A DNA stretch of 64,000 nt, from the NCBI GenBank assembly GCA_965206745.1, contig OZ242220.1:864001-928000 (forward strand). The letters run 5' to 3'. The DNA is from Nitrosopumilus sp. (GTDB lineage Archaea; Thermoproteota; Nitrososphaeria; Nitrososphaerales; Nitrosopumilaceae). Both the position numbers and the translations under genes were made by a program. Below are positions 49,289-59,767 of the stretch, piece by piece (the first letter of the stretch is position 1; every line of letters begins with the position of its first letter). The notes beneath the pieces were generated by a model. The model searched no databases and was not told the DNA's origin. It saw nothing but the letters and a program-made list of their open reading frames with translations.

Positions 49289-49557
49289 CACACTTTTCTG
49301 ATCAAGTACGGCTCTTTTAGCATGATTGTATCGTCTCTGGTTGATGACAGATCCACTGTTTTGAGGTTGTGGTTTGTAACTATTGTTAGTGCCTCGCATC
49401 TAGAACACAGTACTGTCCTTCCATTTGAACGGCCCTCCCTGATGATGTCTCTTTCCAGCCTGTCTTCTTTTTGGCATGTGGGGCACAGTCTTGGTTCACT
49501 TTCAATTGTGATTATCTCCTTGATGAAGATCGTCCTTCCCATACTGCCCATCTTCAA
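49282..49557 (-). CDS. Zinc-ribbon protein
   Basis: CPTC...CSRC. Confidence 0.75.
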   Translation of the reverse strand: MKMGSMGRTIFIKEIITIESEPRLCPTCQKEDRLERDIIREGRSNGRTVLCSRCEALTIVTNHNLKTVDLSSTRDDTIMLKEPYLIRKVCY

Positions 49558-49975
49558 TATGTCCCTAAAGAGTCATAGTGTTAATTGGTATCAGCAATCC
49601 ATTTTGAATGTCAAACCGCTTTAATCATCCAAAATTAGATCGAATGGTATTCAACATATTTCCAATCTAACCAATTAACATCATATTGCTGTGTATCTTG
49701 AAAATATATTTTTGCAAATCCGGCTCTGCAGGTCACCTGCTGCATTAGAATCCCTTCACACTGACTAGTTTTTTCACCTGATACCGTCTATCCCTATCAA
49801 GAATCGTAACCTGTCTCTGCAAGTATCTTTTAAAATTCAGCATTCTGTCTTTGTAGCATTGCCTCGTGTTATTTGATGGATGAAAATATGGTGATTATCC
49901 ATAATTTACAAGATTTACCTGTATTTCTTGAAATAATTCATGCTAAATCTTAAATAGTTATTTATCTTATACAAT

Positions 49976-50110
49976 ATGATGTCGTTAGTTCAAAAATCTG
50001 GCGATTAGATTGCGCTGCCCCGCAGAACAAAAAAGGCAATCAGGCGTTTAGACGCTTGACCACGAGAGAAACTCTCATAGTTCTGCAGTTAGGGGCTTGC
50101 GCCTTTTTAT
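49976..50110 (+). ncRNA. Candidate structured small RNA (unknown family)
   Basis: TTAAATA box at 49950; 5' hairpin plus a nested three-way-junction fold; oligo-T end at 50104. See findings. Confidence 0.5.
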
Positions 50111-50281
50111 CTTCTTTAGATGAAATCTTGATTTGTAATAAAGGGGAGCATTCTACACAATCGATTTTCTGTGATTTTTGAGCAGAATTTATGCGTAATC
50201 TAGTTGGTTTCTTGCCTTTCAAAGATTCCTACATGCTGATCAACCATTAATTCTGGAGGCAAGGACGCTTTGGAAAACCAC

Positions 50282-51388
50282 TCACGTGATGATCTCATCT
50301 AGCCTGTCTTCATCTATGGCCTGCCTAATCTCCATGGCAATTCTCCGTCCCACCCCGAATGTCTGTCCGTACTGATACTTTGTGTACGGACTAGTAGTCG
50401 CAACAATTGGGTTTCCTGGGACCCTCAGTGAGACGTCATACACTATCAACTCTAGGTCTTTTGTAATGACGCTCTGCAGTGAGAATGGCCCTATGATGCC
50501 TGGTGCATACTCTCTCTTTGCAGCTGCAACAAACTTGTCTCCCATCTTCAGTACCTTCTCAAGCAGTGACTCCCTGATGCTTGCAGGCGTGTGACCCACC
50601 TCGATATTCTGCAAGTCGATATCCATCTCCATCTGCTCTCTTGCCGGAAGCGCATTATAATCATGGATGTTAGTCTGCAGCCTTCTCTCAATTCCGATAA
50701 AATCAACCTGGTTTGAGATTGGCGTGTGAAAGAAATTAAAGTTCATGTATGTGCCAATTGCCAACTCTTCGATGCTTGCCTTTTGGAGATCTTTTCTTGC
50801 AATTATCCCCTGCTTGATCTTCTCCTCGGATTTTTTCACATAGTCCTTGTACGATGAGACCGTAAAGAATGCCCTCTCAAGCGGTCTCTTTTTTTCCTGA
50901 ACTTTGACGATGCATGGCTTGTTGATCCGCTTGGGGTCTTGGAATAACTTTGGATACTTTATTCTGGCCTTCTCCAGCAGATAGTACTGCCCCTTTTTGG
51001 CGGTCCTCTCCTCTGCTTGGAACAGCCTTCTGTTTCCAAAGATTGGCACCTTAAAGGAGTCCTCAATAGTCTTGTATCCGAGGTATACTGTAAGTGACCT
51101 GTGCGGAACTATGATTGTGCTTGTGTCCCGCAGCTCCTTTTGATATCTGGCAGATGCCATCTCCTTGAATTTGTTCAGAACCGTAATCTCATCTGCAATG
51201 CGCCCAAACCTCTGGTATGGTCCCTCGCGTCCCCTTTGGCAAAAGACTCTCGTCTGAAAACCCTCATCCTTTGCACCGTCCATTATCTCTAGTGCAGAGT
51301 GACTTCCAAGAACGCCAATCTTTACATCGGTGTAATTGCTGACTATCTTCTTAATCTCGGAATCTTTAATCACGGTATGCCTATACAT
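50282..51388 (-). CDS. purP: PurP-family ATP-grasp FAICAR synthetase
   Basis: LGSHSAL...GAKDEGF, FGNR, GHTPASIRESLL, GPFSLQ, GRRIAMEI. Confidence 0.9.
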   Translation of the reverse strand: MYRHTVIKDSEIKKIVSNYTDVKIGVLGSHSALEIMDGAKDEGFQTRVFCQRGREGPYQRFGRIADEITVLNKFKEMASARYQKELRDTSTIIVPHRSLTVYLGYKTIEDSFKVPIFGNRRLFQAEERTAKKGQYYLLEKARIKYPKLFQDPKRINKPCIVKVQEKKRPLERAFFTVSSYKDYVKKSEEKIKQGIIARKDLQKASIEELAIGTYMNFNFFHTPISNQVDFIGIERRLQTNIHDYNALPAREQMEMDIDLQNIEVGHTPASIRESLLEKVLKMGDKFVAAAKREYAPGIIGPFSLQSVITKDLELIVYDVSLRVPGNPIVATTSPYTKYQYGQTFGVGRRIAMEIRQAIDEDRLDEIIT

Positions 51389-51468
51389 TGGGATCTAATA
51401 TAGCTAATTTTTGATTGTCAAGATCGGCTGATCAATAGACTTTTTTTAACTGGAATCTGACACGAGTC

Positions 51469-51615
51469 ATGTTTTATCACTTTGAGATTCAGATGGTTGG
51501 GGTAATCATTCTCCCTGTAATGCTTGCAGTAGGGCTACTCGTGTGGTTTAGGCGGAGAAGGGCAGATAAGGAACTCTCTGATGCCCAAAATGATGGCGAT
51601 TCCCTGAACATCTAG
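51469..51615 (+). CDS. Single-TM microprotein (48 aa)
   Basis: MFYHFEIQMVGVIILPVMLAVGLLVWFRRRRADKE...; TATA-like TTTTTAA upstream. Confidence 0.55.
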   Translation: MFYHFEIQMVGVIILPVMLAVGLLVWFRRRRADKELSDAQNDGDSLNI

Positions 51616-51672
51616 TGTTCCCTTTGAATCTCCATCTAATACATAAAATACTGTGTTCCCCAATGATAATCG

Positions 51673-52230
51673 TTGAAGCTAGTAATTGGAATTACCGGCA
51701 GTACCGGTGCAATATATGGCATCAGGCTGCTTGAGACACTAAAGAGATTAGACGTTGAGACGCACCTGATAGTCTCCAAATGGGGGGAAAAGTGCATCTC
51801 TATGGAGACTGGCCTTACCTTTGATTATGTAAAGTCGCTTGCAACAAACATCTCTGATGAAAAAAATATGGCATCAAGTGTCTCTAGTGGCACCCATAGA
51901 ATCGACGGAATGATTGTGGCACCTTGCAGCATGAAGACACTGTCTGCAATCGCAAACGGCTATGATGACACACTGGTAGCCCGGGCAGCCGGAGTCACAA
52001 TCAAGGAATCCCGAAAACTGATTCTAATGGTCAGGGAGACTCCCCTGTCTGCAATACATCTGGAGAACATGCTAAAACTTGCCAGACTGGGCATTGTAAT
52101 TTTACCGCCCGTTACAGAATTTTATACCAAGCCTGAATCCATCGACGATATAATAAATCACGGCGTTGGGAAATGTCTGGACCAGTTTGGTCTAGAGCAC
52201 GACTTATACCCTCGATGGGGTACCCTCTAA
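51673..52230 (+). CDS. ubiX: Flavin prenyltransferase
   Basis: GITGSTG, SSG, APCSMKTL, KE.RKLIL.VRETP. Confidence 0.95.
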   Translation: MKLVIGITGSTGAIYGIRLLETLKRLDVETHLIVSKWGEKCISMETGLTFDYVKSLATNISDEKNMASSVSSGTHRIDGMIVAPCSMKTLSAIANGYDDTLVARAAGVTIKESRKLILMVRETPLSAIHLENMLKLARLGIVILPPVTEFYTKPESIDDIINHGVGKCLDQFGLEHDLYPRWGTL

Positions 52231-52237
52231 ATTACCA

Positions 52238-52666
52238 TTGCCTAAATTCTCCCTAGAAAAAACTGTCAACTGTGATAGGAACCGTACCTTTGAGATCTTT
52301 TCAAATTTTGAGGACTATCAAAGAGTGGTCCCCCAGCACTATCCTTCTGTCCGCATTCGCTCAATGCGCGGAGACGTGTCTGTAGTTGAGGAGCACCTGG
52401 TTTTAGGCAGTATGGAACTATTAATCATGGCAAAGCATGTTTTGCAGAAACCAATTCTCCATGAGATTTTTGTAATTGGCGGTGATGCAAAGGGAAGCCA
52501 AATCAAGCAGGAGTTTGTCGAGCTTGAGGAGGGAACAAAAATTCTAGTGGATGTTGACTTGAAATTCAGCGGCAGAATGAGAATGTCTGCAATGCTTGGA
52601 GGAAATAATTTCAAGCAGGACTATAGTAAAATTTTGGATGATTTTGCGGTACTTGCTGCAACCTAG
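52238..52666 (+). CDS. SRPBCC/polyketide cyclase-like protein
   Basis: FEIFSNFEDY...P.....VRI pattern of the START/SRPBCC fold. Confidence 0.75.
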   Translation: MPKFSLEKTVNCDRNRTFEIFSNFEDYQRVVPQHYPSVRIRSMRGDVSVVEEHLVLGSMELLIMAKHVLQKPILHEIFVIGGDAKGSQIKQEFVELEEGTKILVDVDLKFSGRMRMSAMLGGNNFKQDYSKILDDFAVLAAT

Positions 52667-52845
52667 TCTGATTTTGATTCCTTTTCCTTGAAATCCTTGA
52701 GTTCCTTGTCTGCCTCTATCTTTCCCTTTTCAAACTCACCTTTGGCCTTGCCAAACGTCTTTGCCAGCTCTGGAATCTTTTTTGCGCCAAAAATCAGTAC
52801 GCCGATAACTACCACCAATACGATGATCTCAGTACTTCCCAACAT
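52663..52845 (-). CDS. tatA: Twin-arginine translocase TatA
   Basis: E..LIFGAKKIPELAKTFGKA.GEF; ATG 52845. Confidence 0.93.
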   Translation of the reverse strand: MLGSTEIIVLVVVIGVLIFGAKKIPELAKTFGKAKGEFEKGKIEADKELKDFKEKESKSD

Positions 52846-52870
52846 TACAAAATATTCGTCTATTTCAGAT

Positions 52871-53662
52871 TTAAGTGTTAGACTTTTTTCGGGCTCGACG
52901 CTCAATTATGAGCATGCCTGCGGCGTACAGTCCGATCATTGGACCTGCGACAAACATCATTGTCACACCGGTCCCGTCAGGGGTTATGACTGCCCCAAAG
53001 ATCACTATGATCACTATGGCATATCTGATATTCTTTCTCCAAAATTCTGCATCCACCATGCCTGATGCAGACACTGCATACATTACAAGAGGAAGCTGAA
53101 ATGAGAAGCCAAACGCAAGCAGGAATTGCAACACAAATGTCACAAACTCCATCACGTTGAGAAATGTGATCAGTCCTGCGCCTTCGCCGTACTTGTAGAG
53201 AAACTCCAGCATGTACGGGATTACAAAGTTGTAGGAAAATACACAGCCTGCAACAAACAATCCTAGTGCAGGCAACGAGATGCTTCTGCTTACGTGGACT
53301 TCGTTCTCTTTTAATGCCGGCTTGATGAATCCTACAAACTCTTTGATTATTACCGGCATTGCTACGACGACTCCGACTAGTGCTGCAACATACATCTGGG
53401 CAAAAAATGCCTGTCCCGGAGCTGTCTGAATCAGTTGAACATCCTCTGGAACTAGATTGATTCTCATCTGATTTGTAATCTGCGCTGCCATGTTGTGTGT
53501 CGGTTCTGGTATTGGGTAATACAGAGTCACCTGACTGATTTGAAATGGCTCTGCATGAAACATTAGTAAAAATGCTGTAATCCCTACAATCACAATGACG
53601 ATTCTAACTAGGCGTCTTCTTAATTCTGCTAGATGTTCATTGATGCCATCCAATTCGGACAT
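52871..53662 (-). CDS. tatC: Twin-arginine translocase TatC
   Basis: HLAELRRRL, FIKPAL..NE, FQLP, ITPD. Confidence 0.95.
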   Translation of the reverse strand: MSELDGINEHLAELRRRLVRIVIVIVGITAFLLMFHAEPFQISQVTLYYPIPEPTHNMAAQITNQMRINLVPEDVQLIQTAPGQAFFAQMYVAALVGVVVAMPVIIKEFVGFIKPALKENEVHVSRSISLPALGLFVAGCVFSYNFVIPYMLEFLYKYGEGAGLITFLNVMEFVTFVLQFLLAFGFSFQLPLVMYAVSASGMVDAEFWRKNIRYAIVIIVIFGAVITPDGTGVTMMFVAGPMIGLYAAGMLIIERRARKKSNT

Positions 53663-53691
53663 TCGTTCTCTTGAATTTTAAACTATAATAA

Positions 53692-54159
53692 TTATGTTGG
53701 AATCGGCAACAACTTTGCTTCTGGTAGTCCTGCATCTTTTAACTGCTCAGCAGTGATTCCTTCAAATTCCAACGATATGGTGGCCTTGGCATTGAATCTG
53801 GCCTCCATCTCCTTTGCCAGCTTTGAGATGTCTGTGGCAGAATAGATCTCTTTGGACCCTTTTAGGAATATTCTGCCTCCCTTCTCCATCTCCTTGCCGT
53901 TGTATCTCTCTTGAAGGAATTTGGTAATTGCCGGCAGTTCCTTTCTCTCTATGTTGTTGTGAAAGTAGCAGATTCCCTTGACTGACTCATAGTCATATGC
54001 TGTCCCATTCCTGTACATGAAGACGCCGATAAAATGGGCCTCCTCTTCTGGCTCTCTCATACACTTGATCTCCCAGTTTAACAGATTCTTTTCATCATAT
54101 GAATATCCTGCCAACTCTTCTGATGATATCTTCCAGTATCTCATTCTGCCTTTTGCCAT
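53692..54159 (-). CDS. Conserved thaumarchaeal hypothetical protein
   Basis: Clean ORF co-oriented with tatC. Confidence 0.75.
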   Translation of the reverse strand: MAKGRMRYWKISSEELAGYSYDEKNLLNWEIKCMREPEEEAHFIGVFMYRNGTAYDYESVKGICYFHNNIERKELPAITKFLQERYNGKEMEKGGRIFLKGSKEIYSATDISKLAKEMEARFNAKATISLEFEGITAEQLKDAGLPEAKLLPIPT

Positions 54160-54481
54160 GATATAGTATCGTTAATCATTCTGATATAAATCCCAATCTC
54201 TATGCGGACTGGTTTGCCTTGTGAAATCCCTGCATCCTCTCAGAAACCCCCCAGTATACTAGAAGACTGACGAATATCCAAAACCCTGATTCTCAATATG
54301 TGATAAAGTATGTTGGATATGCTAAAGAGAAAGTGAACAAAGTAACCGGATCTGGGGCTGGCGATATCTTAACAACACAAGTCCTCATCTCCGGATACCT
54401 AAGTTACATTTTAAAATAACTATAAAAGCACAAAATTCTTCGGAAGATAGATTAACCTCGATCCCATTTTTTAATCTGCAG

Positions 54482-54742
54482 ATGGGAATTTTTCAAGCAA
54501 GCGTAATCATTGAAAACAAGCCCGGGATCAGTGATCCTGAAGGTGAGACCATCCTAAATGACTTGGTCCTAAAGGGAACCCACAAAACGGTCTCAAAGAT
54601 CAAGACTGCAAAGATGCTAAAGTTTACAATTGAGGCAGAGGACAAAGAAGATGCCAAGACCCGAGTGCAAGAAATCTGCGATGAGTTGAGGATTTACAAT
54701 CCCATGGTAAGCATGGTCACAATAGATGCCCTTGAGGGTTAG
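54482..54742 (+). CDS. purS: FGAM synthase subunit PurS
   Basis: KPGISDPEG...NP. Confidence 0.92.
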   Translation: MGIFQASVIIENKPGISDPEGETILNDLVLKGTHKTVSKIKTAKMLKFTIEAEDKEDAKTRVQEICDELRIYNPMVSMVTIDALEG

Positions 54743-54974
54743 TTTATTTCGAATCTGTACCCTGCTCACTGCCAGTCAAATGTGTACTTTGGAAATCCCA
54801 TGTATCCCTGCCACTTTGCTGAACTTTTGCCTTCTAGTCAGACATCTGACTAGGCCTCTTTTGGATTGCCTGCATGATTGTCCCTTGCCTGAGCCATGGC
54901 GATCAGGACAACCCCATCATACGAATCTGCTTTGACTAGACTCAAATTAAATATCTCTGAATCTTTGAGGAATT

Positions 54975-55655
54975 GTGAAAGTTGGAGTTGTAGTTTTTCC
55001 TGGCAGTAACTGTGATCGTGACATGTATCATGTACTCACTGACGTGTTTAATCTTGATGCCAAATACTATTGGCATGAAAAGGGACTGCCAGAGGACATT
55101 GATGCCGTAATACTTCCGGGAGGATTCTCTTATGGTGACAGATTAAGGGCAGGTGTAATTGCAGCCCATAGCCCTGTCATTAAAGACGTTCAAAAGATGG
55201 CCAAGAAAGGGACTCCTGTTTTAGGCGTCTGCAACGGGTTTCAAATTCTAGTCGAGTCAGGACTGCTTCCAGGCGTACTGCTCAAAAACGAGTCTCTTAA
55301 TTTTATGTGTGAATGGACCAGTCTGGTTGTGGAAAACAACAAGACCCCGTTTACAAATCAGTTCAAACTGGATCAAAGGATTCCAATCCCCATAGCCAAC
55401 GGCGAGGGCAGATACTATGTTGATGATCAAACTATGAAAGAACTAAAAAAAAGGAATCAGATCGTCTTCAGGTATGACGAGGTTGTAAACGGCTCATCAG
55501 AGAGAATTGCCGGAGTGTGCAATGAGGATGGAAACGTTGTCGGAATGATGCCACATCCTGAAAGGGCAGTCGAGTCAGACATTAACCCTATTGATAGCAG
55601 GCCGTCCTCTCTTATCTTTGAGTCTCTGATGGTTAAAATGGGTGTTGCCAAATGA
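54975..55655 (+). CDS. purQ: FGAM synthase glutaminase subunit PurQ
   Basis: FPGSNCD, GGFSYGD, GVCNGFQ, MMPHPER. Confidence 0.97.
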   Translation: MKVGVVVFPGSNCDRDMYHVLTDVFNLDAKYYWHEKGLPEDIDAVILPGGFSYGDRLRAGVIAAHSPVIKDVQKMAKKGTPVLGVCNGFQILVESGLLPGVLLKNESLNFMCEWTSLVVENNKTPFTNQFKLDQRIPIPIANGEGRYYVDDQTMKELKKRNQIVFRYDEVVNGSSERIAGVCNEDGNVVGMMPHPERAVESDINPIDSRPSSLIFESLMVKMGVAK

Positions 55656-57829
55656 GTTTGGAAGAGCAGGAACTAGCTGAGCTAAAGTCCAAAATCAGCA
55701 GAGAGCCGACATTCACAGAAATGCAAATTGTGGCCGCCGAATGGTCTGAGCACTGCTCTTACAAATCCTCAAAGAGACATCTGAAACTCCTGCCAATGGA
55801 TGGCCCTCTGGTGATCAACGAGAAGGGGTATGATTCTGGAGTTCTGGACGTCGGTGACGGGTATGTGGTTACTGCACACATTGAAAGTCACAACCATCCC
55901 TCTGCAGTGGAGCCATACGGTGGTGCTGCCACCGGTGTCGGCGGGGTGATTAGGGATATCTTGTCTGCTGGAACAAGGCCCATTGCAATCTTTGACGGTC
56001 TGAGATTTGGAAATGTTGAGCAAGACTTGCATGCAAGGTGGCTATTCAAAAACGCAGTTACTGGTATTGCCGACTATGGAAACTGCTTGGGCATACCGAC
56101 TGTGGGTGGGGAGGTAGAGTTTGATGAGTGCTATGAAAACTATGCCCTAGTTGATGTTGCCGCACTTGGTTTTGGCAAAAGGGAGAAGCTGATAAAAAAT
56201 CACGCAGAGACAGGCGATATTGTCGTACTAGTCGGCGGCTCCACAGGCCGGGACGGCATAGGTGGCTCCCAATTTGCCTCTGACTCTCTGGAATCTGAGG
56301 ACCGCTCTGCGATTCAAATTCCCGATCCCTTCATTGAAAAGTTAATCATAGAGGCCGTCTTGCAGGCAAGAAATGACGGCCTGATTCATGCCATGAAGGA
56401 TTTGGGTGGAGGCGGTCTGTCCTGTGCAATCTCTGAGACTGCAGATGCCTTGGATGTCGGAATAGAGATGGATGTTGAAAAGGTCCACACTAGGGAGTCT
56501 GATATGCATCCTGATGAAATCATGATATCTGAATCCCAAGAAAGAATGCTAATTGTTACCAGCAAAGAGAAACTAGAAAAACTTGAAGAAATATGCCAAA
56601 GATTCCGTATCGGCTGCTCTGCCATCGGCTCTGTGACCTCTGATAGTCAGATGCACATCACAAAGGGCAAGGAGACCGTTGCCAATCTATCCACTGATGT
56701 CGTAGCTAATGCCACGCTGCTTGATCTGCCATCTAGGGAGCCGTCCTACCTCAAAGGAATTGAGGATGAAAAGGAGTTTGCCCCCATTGCTGATTATTCA
56801 AAGACCCTGATGATCCTGCTTGCATCCCCGAACATTGCAAGCAAGATCTGGGTTTATGGGCAGTATGATCATGAGGTTGGAATTAGAACCGTGGTAAAGC
56901 CTGGCACTGATGCATCTGTTTTGCGATTGGATAATGGCAAGTACCTCTCTGCCAAAATTGACGGCAATCCAAAGCAGTGCTACATCAATCCCAGGGAGGG
57001 CGCAATCGGCTGCTTTGAGGAGGCTTGCAGAAACGTCGTGTGCACCGGAGCCACGCCCATCGGAATGCTTGATCACCTGCAATTTGGCAATCCAAAGGAT
57101 CCTGAAATATTTTGGACCTTCTTGGAATCCTTAAAGGGCCTTGCTGATTTTGCCAAATATTTTCAAATTCCATGCGTTGGGGGAAAGGTCAGCATGTACA
57201 ATGAGACTGCATCAGGTCCAATCAAGCCGACTCCCGTGATCGGAGTCATCGGACTAGTTGATCAAAAGCCCTCCGTGCCCCGAAAAATCTCACACGGCGA
57301 CTCTCTAATCATTATTGGCGACACCAAAGACGAGATGGGCGGCTCTGAATATTTTGAATATATTCACAAATTCGTTGGTGGACGATGCCCTGTCGTAAAC
57401 TTTGAGGACTCGAAAAAAAACATGACATCCGTGTTACAAATAATTGGAAACGGCTCTGTCAAATTAGTGCATGACTGCTCAAAGGGCGGGCTGGCAGTTG
57501 CAGTCTCTGAAATCTGCCTGACCAATCAGATTGGCTGCAAGGTTTCCCTAGATGGGCTTCCAGGCGAGAAACTGGACTGTGAGAGGGCCTTGTTCTCTGA
57601 GAGCCACTCTCGCTACCTGCTTGCATCTGATGAGGGGAACCTTCAAAGTATTGAGGACCTCTTGATAAAAAACGGGGTTCCCTTCAAACGAATCGGTCAG
57701 TTTGGAGGTGAAAAGATTCAGTTTGCAGATGGGGCAGAATCACTAGTCGAGCTTGATGTAGAGGACACGCGCAAGACCTGGCTCAACTCCCTTCCCAACC
57801 TGATTCTTGACGGCAAAAAGTCCATCTGA
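55652..57829 (+). CDS. purL: FGAM synthase subunit PurL
   Basis: WSEHCSYKSS, ESHNHPS, DLGGGG, SESQERM. Confidence 0.97.
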   Translation: MSLEEQELAELKSKISREPTFTEMQIVAAEWSEHCSYKSSKRHLKLLPMDGPLVINEKGYDSGVLDVGDGYVVTAHIESHNHPSAVEPYGGAATGVGGVIRDILSAGTRPIAIFDGLRFGNVEQDLHARWLFKNAVTGIADYGNCLGIPTVGGEVEFDECYENYALVDVAALGFGKREKLIKNHAETGDIVVLVGGSTGRDGIGGSQFASDSLESEDRSAIQIPDPFIEKLIIEAVLQARNDGLIHAMKDLGGGGLSCAISETADALDVGIEMDVEKVHTRESDMHPDEIMISESQERMLIVTSKEKLEKLEEICQRFRIGCSAIGSVTSDSQMHITKGKETVANLSTDVVANATLLDLPSREPSYLKGIEDEKEFAPIADYSKTLMILLASPNIASKIWVYGQYDHEVGIRTVVKPGTDASVLRLDNGKYLSAKIDGNPKQCYINPREGAIGCFEEACRNVVCTGATPIGMLDHLQFGNPKDPEIFWTFLESLKGLADFAKYFQIPCVGGKVSMYNETASGPIKPTPVIGVIGLVDQKPSVPRKISHGDSLIIIGDTKDEMGGSEYFEYIHKFVGGRCPVVNFEDSKKNMTSVLQIIGNGSVKLVHDCSKGGLAVAVSEICLTNQIGCKVSLDGLPGEKLDCERALFSESHSRYLLASDEGNLQSIEDLLIKNGVPFKRIGQFGGEKIQFADGAESLVELDVEDTRKTWLNSLPNLILDGKKSI

Positions 57830-57983
57830 TGCAAATATTTTGATCGCAGAAGCTAATCAGCATTTTTATTATTCAAGGTTGAATTATCGATCAGGGTATG
57901 GAGTCGTCATTTGATTATTCAGTCAAGTCTTGCACTTTTTCTAGTCATTTAGCATTATACGCAGTGGCGGAGTCAGAATAGAG

Positions 57984-59426
57984 TTGCCCAAGGTAAAGGA
58001 GAACTGCGGCGTTGTTGGAATTTACAGCCTGTCTGGAACCAACGTGGTTCCAATGATATTTGATGCCCTGCGAGCATTACAGCACAGGGGGCAGGAAGCA
58101 TGGGGATTTGCAGTTCCAAACAAACCTCCGTTCAAAAAGGCGGGACTGGTCTCGCACCATTCAGCTGAATTTAAGAAGATTGCCCAAGAGTACGCATCGC
58201 CGTGTGCCATTGGGCATGTCAGATACTCCACGATGGGCACCAGCACGCTGGATAATGCGCAGCCCCTGAAGGTAAAGGATCTGTGCATTGCGCACAATGG
58301 GACAATTGCCAACGCGCAAGAACTCTCCAATCTGGTTGGAGGATGCTCCTTTACCCCCCAGAACGCAAGTGACACGCTTGTTGCAGCGCAAAGGCTTGTC
58401 TCATTAATATCTGAAAACGGTGAGATGGGCAAGGCACTATCCATTCTAAAAAACGAGATGGTTGGCTCTTACTGCTTTACGTTTATCTCCGATGATGACT
58501 CTGTCTATGCCGCACGTGATCCAAAGGGGTTCCGTCCGATGGTGCTCGGACACAAGAAATCTGATGACACGTACATCGTAACATCCGAATCAGCTGCCGT
58601 CACCGCAGTCGGTGCAACCCTTCAGAGAGACGTGGTTCCCGGCGAGTTGATCAAGATAAGCAAGAGTGGTCTTGAGACAGAATTGTTCTCAACTGACTCT
58701 TCCCGTGCGCACTGCTCTTTTGAGTTTACATACTTTGCACACCCTTCAAGCAACATGGAGGGGCACAACATCTACGTTTCAAGAAAAAAAATAGGACAGT
58801 TTATGGCAAAAAAGTTCCCAATACCCGATGCCGATCTGGTGATTCCTGTACCTGACTCTGCAAGGCCTGCAGCCCTGGGCTATGCCCAAGAACTCGGCGT
58901 ATCATTTGATGAGGGACTGCTAAAGGACAGATACAGCAAGAAGGGTCCGTTGCGGAGCTTCATCGAGCCGCATCAAAGCGACCGAGTCGAGATCAATCGC
59001 TGGATAATCCCAATCAGTGAGATAATCAAAGACAAGCACGTGGTAGTAATAGATGACAGCCTGGTGCGGGGTACTAGTTCCAAGGCCATCATCAAGGCTC
59101 TTCGTCGCGCAGGTGCCAAAAAAATCAGCATGCTAATCACATACCCACAAATCAACTATCCTTGCTATGCCGGAATTGATTTTCCATCTAGGGAGGAACT
59201 TGCAACATACACTGATGGAAAAACCATGAGCAGCGATGAGATCACTGAGATGGTAAGGCAGAGTATCGGTGTTGACTTTTTAGGGTATAATGACGCTGAG
59301 AACCTGGCTGATGCAGTTGGCCTTCCAAAGGACTCGATGTGTTTTACATGCTCCTCTGGAAACTATGAATCCCTGGGAATAAAGCCTGATTTTACCAAAC
59401 GCGAGCAGGTAAAGGCTGTAAATTAG
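57984..59426 (+). CDS. purF: Amidophosphoribosyltransferase
   Basis: ENCGVVG, QHRGQE, GHVRYST, VVIDDSLVRGTS. Confidence 0.97.
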   Translation: MPKVKENCGVVGIYSLSGTNVVPMIFDALRALQHRGQEAWGFAVPNKPPFKKAGLVSHHSAEFKKIAQEYASPCAIGHVRYSTMGTSTLDNAQPLKVKDLCIAHNGTIANAQELSNLVGGCSFTPQNASDTLVAAQRLVSLISENGEMGKALSILKNEMVGSYCFTFISDDDSVYAARDPKGFRPMVLGHKKSDDTYIVTSESAAVTAVGATLQRDVVPGELIKISKSGLETELFSTDSSRAHCSFEFTYFAHPSSNMEGHNIYVSRKKIGQFMAKKFPIPDADLVIPVPDSARPAALGYAQELGVSFDEGLLKDRYSKKGPLRSFIEPHQSDRVEINRWIIPISEIIKDKHVVVIDDSLVRGTSSKAIIKALRRAGAKKISMLITYPQINYPCYAGIDFPSREELATYTDGKTMSSDEITEMVRQSIGVDFLGYNDAENLADAVGLPKDSMCFTCSSGNYESLGIKPDFTKREQVKAVN

Positions 59427-59471
59427 ACTCAGCTCCTTTGAGCTTTAATTAAATATGGTCTGAAATGCTGA

Positions 59472-59756
59472 GTGTTTATGCAGGCTATGTGGAATGAGGT
59501 TGTAATTGCACAAAGTGATGATACCGTCGTGGTGGATGGCAACCATTACTTTCCATCTGATTCACTAAAGCAGCAGTACTTTAAGAAATCCCCCCTGACC
59601 AGCGTATGCGGGTGGAAGGGAAAGGCAAACTATTACTCTGTGGATGTAAATGGCAAAGTCAACAAGGACTGTGCATGGTACTATACCGAGCCCAACGATG
59701 CTGCCCTCAAAATTAAAGGAATGGTGGCATTTTGGAATGGCATTACAATCAGCTGA
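59472..59756 (+). CDS. DUF427 domain protein
   Basis: VIAQSD...YFP...C.WKG.A.YY...AWYY. Confidence 0.9.
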   Translation: MFMQAMWNEVVIAQSDDTVVVDGNHYFPSDSLKQQYFKKSPLTSVCGWKGKANYYSVDVNGKVNKDCAWYYTEPNDAALKIKGMVAFWNGITIS

Positions 59757-59767
59757 TTTTGACACTG

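Noticed and set aside
50010-50030. Cobalamin riboswitch (GCGCTGCCCCGCA resembles its core)
   Set aside because: Lacks the upstream GGGAA and downstream B12-box elements, the segment pairs with GGGGCTTGCGC, and no co-oriented gene follows.
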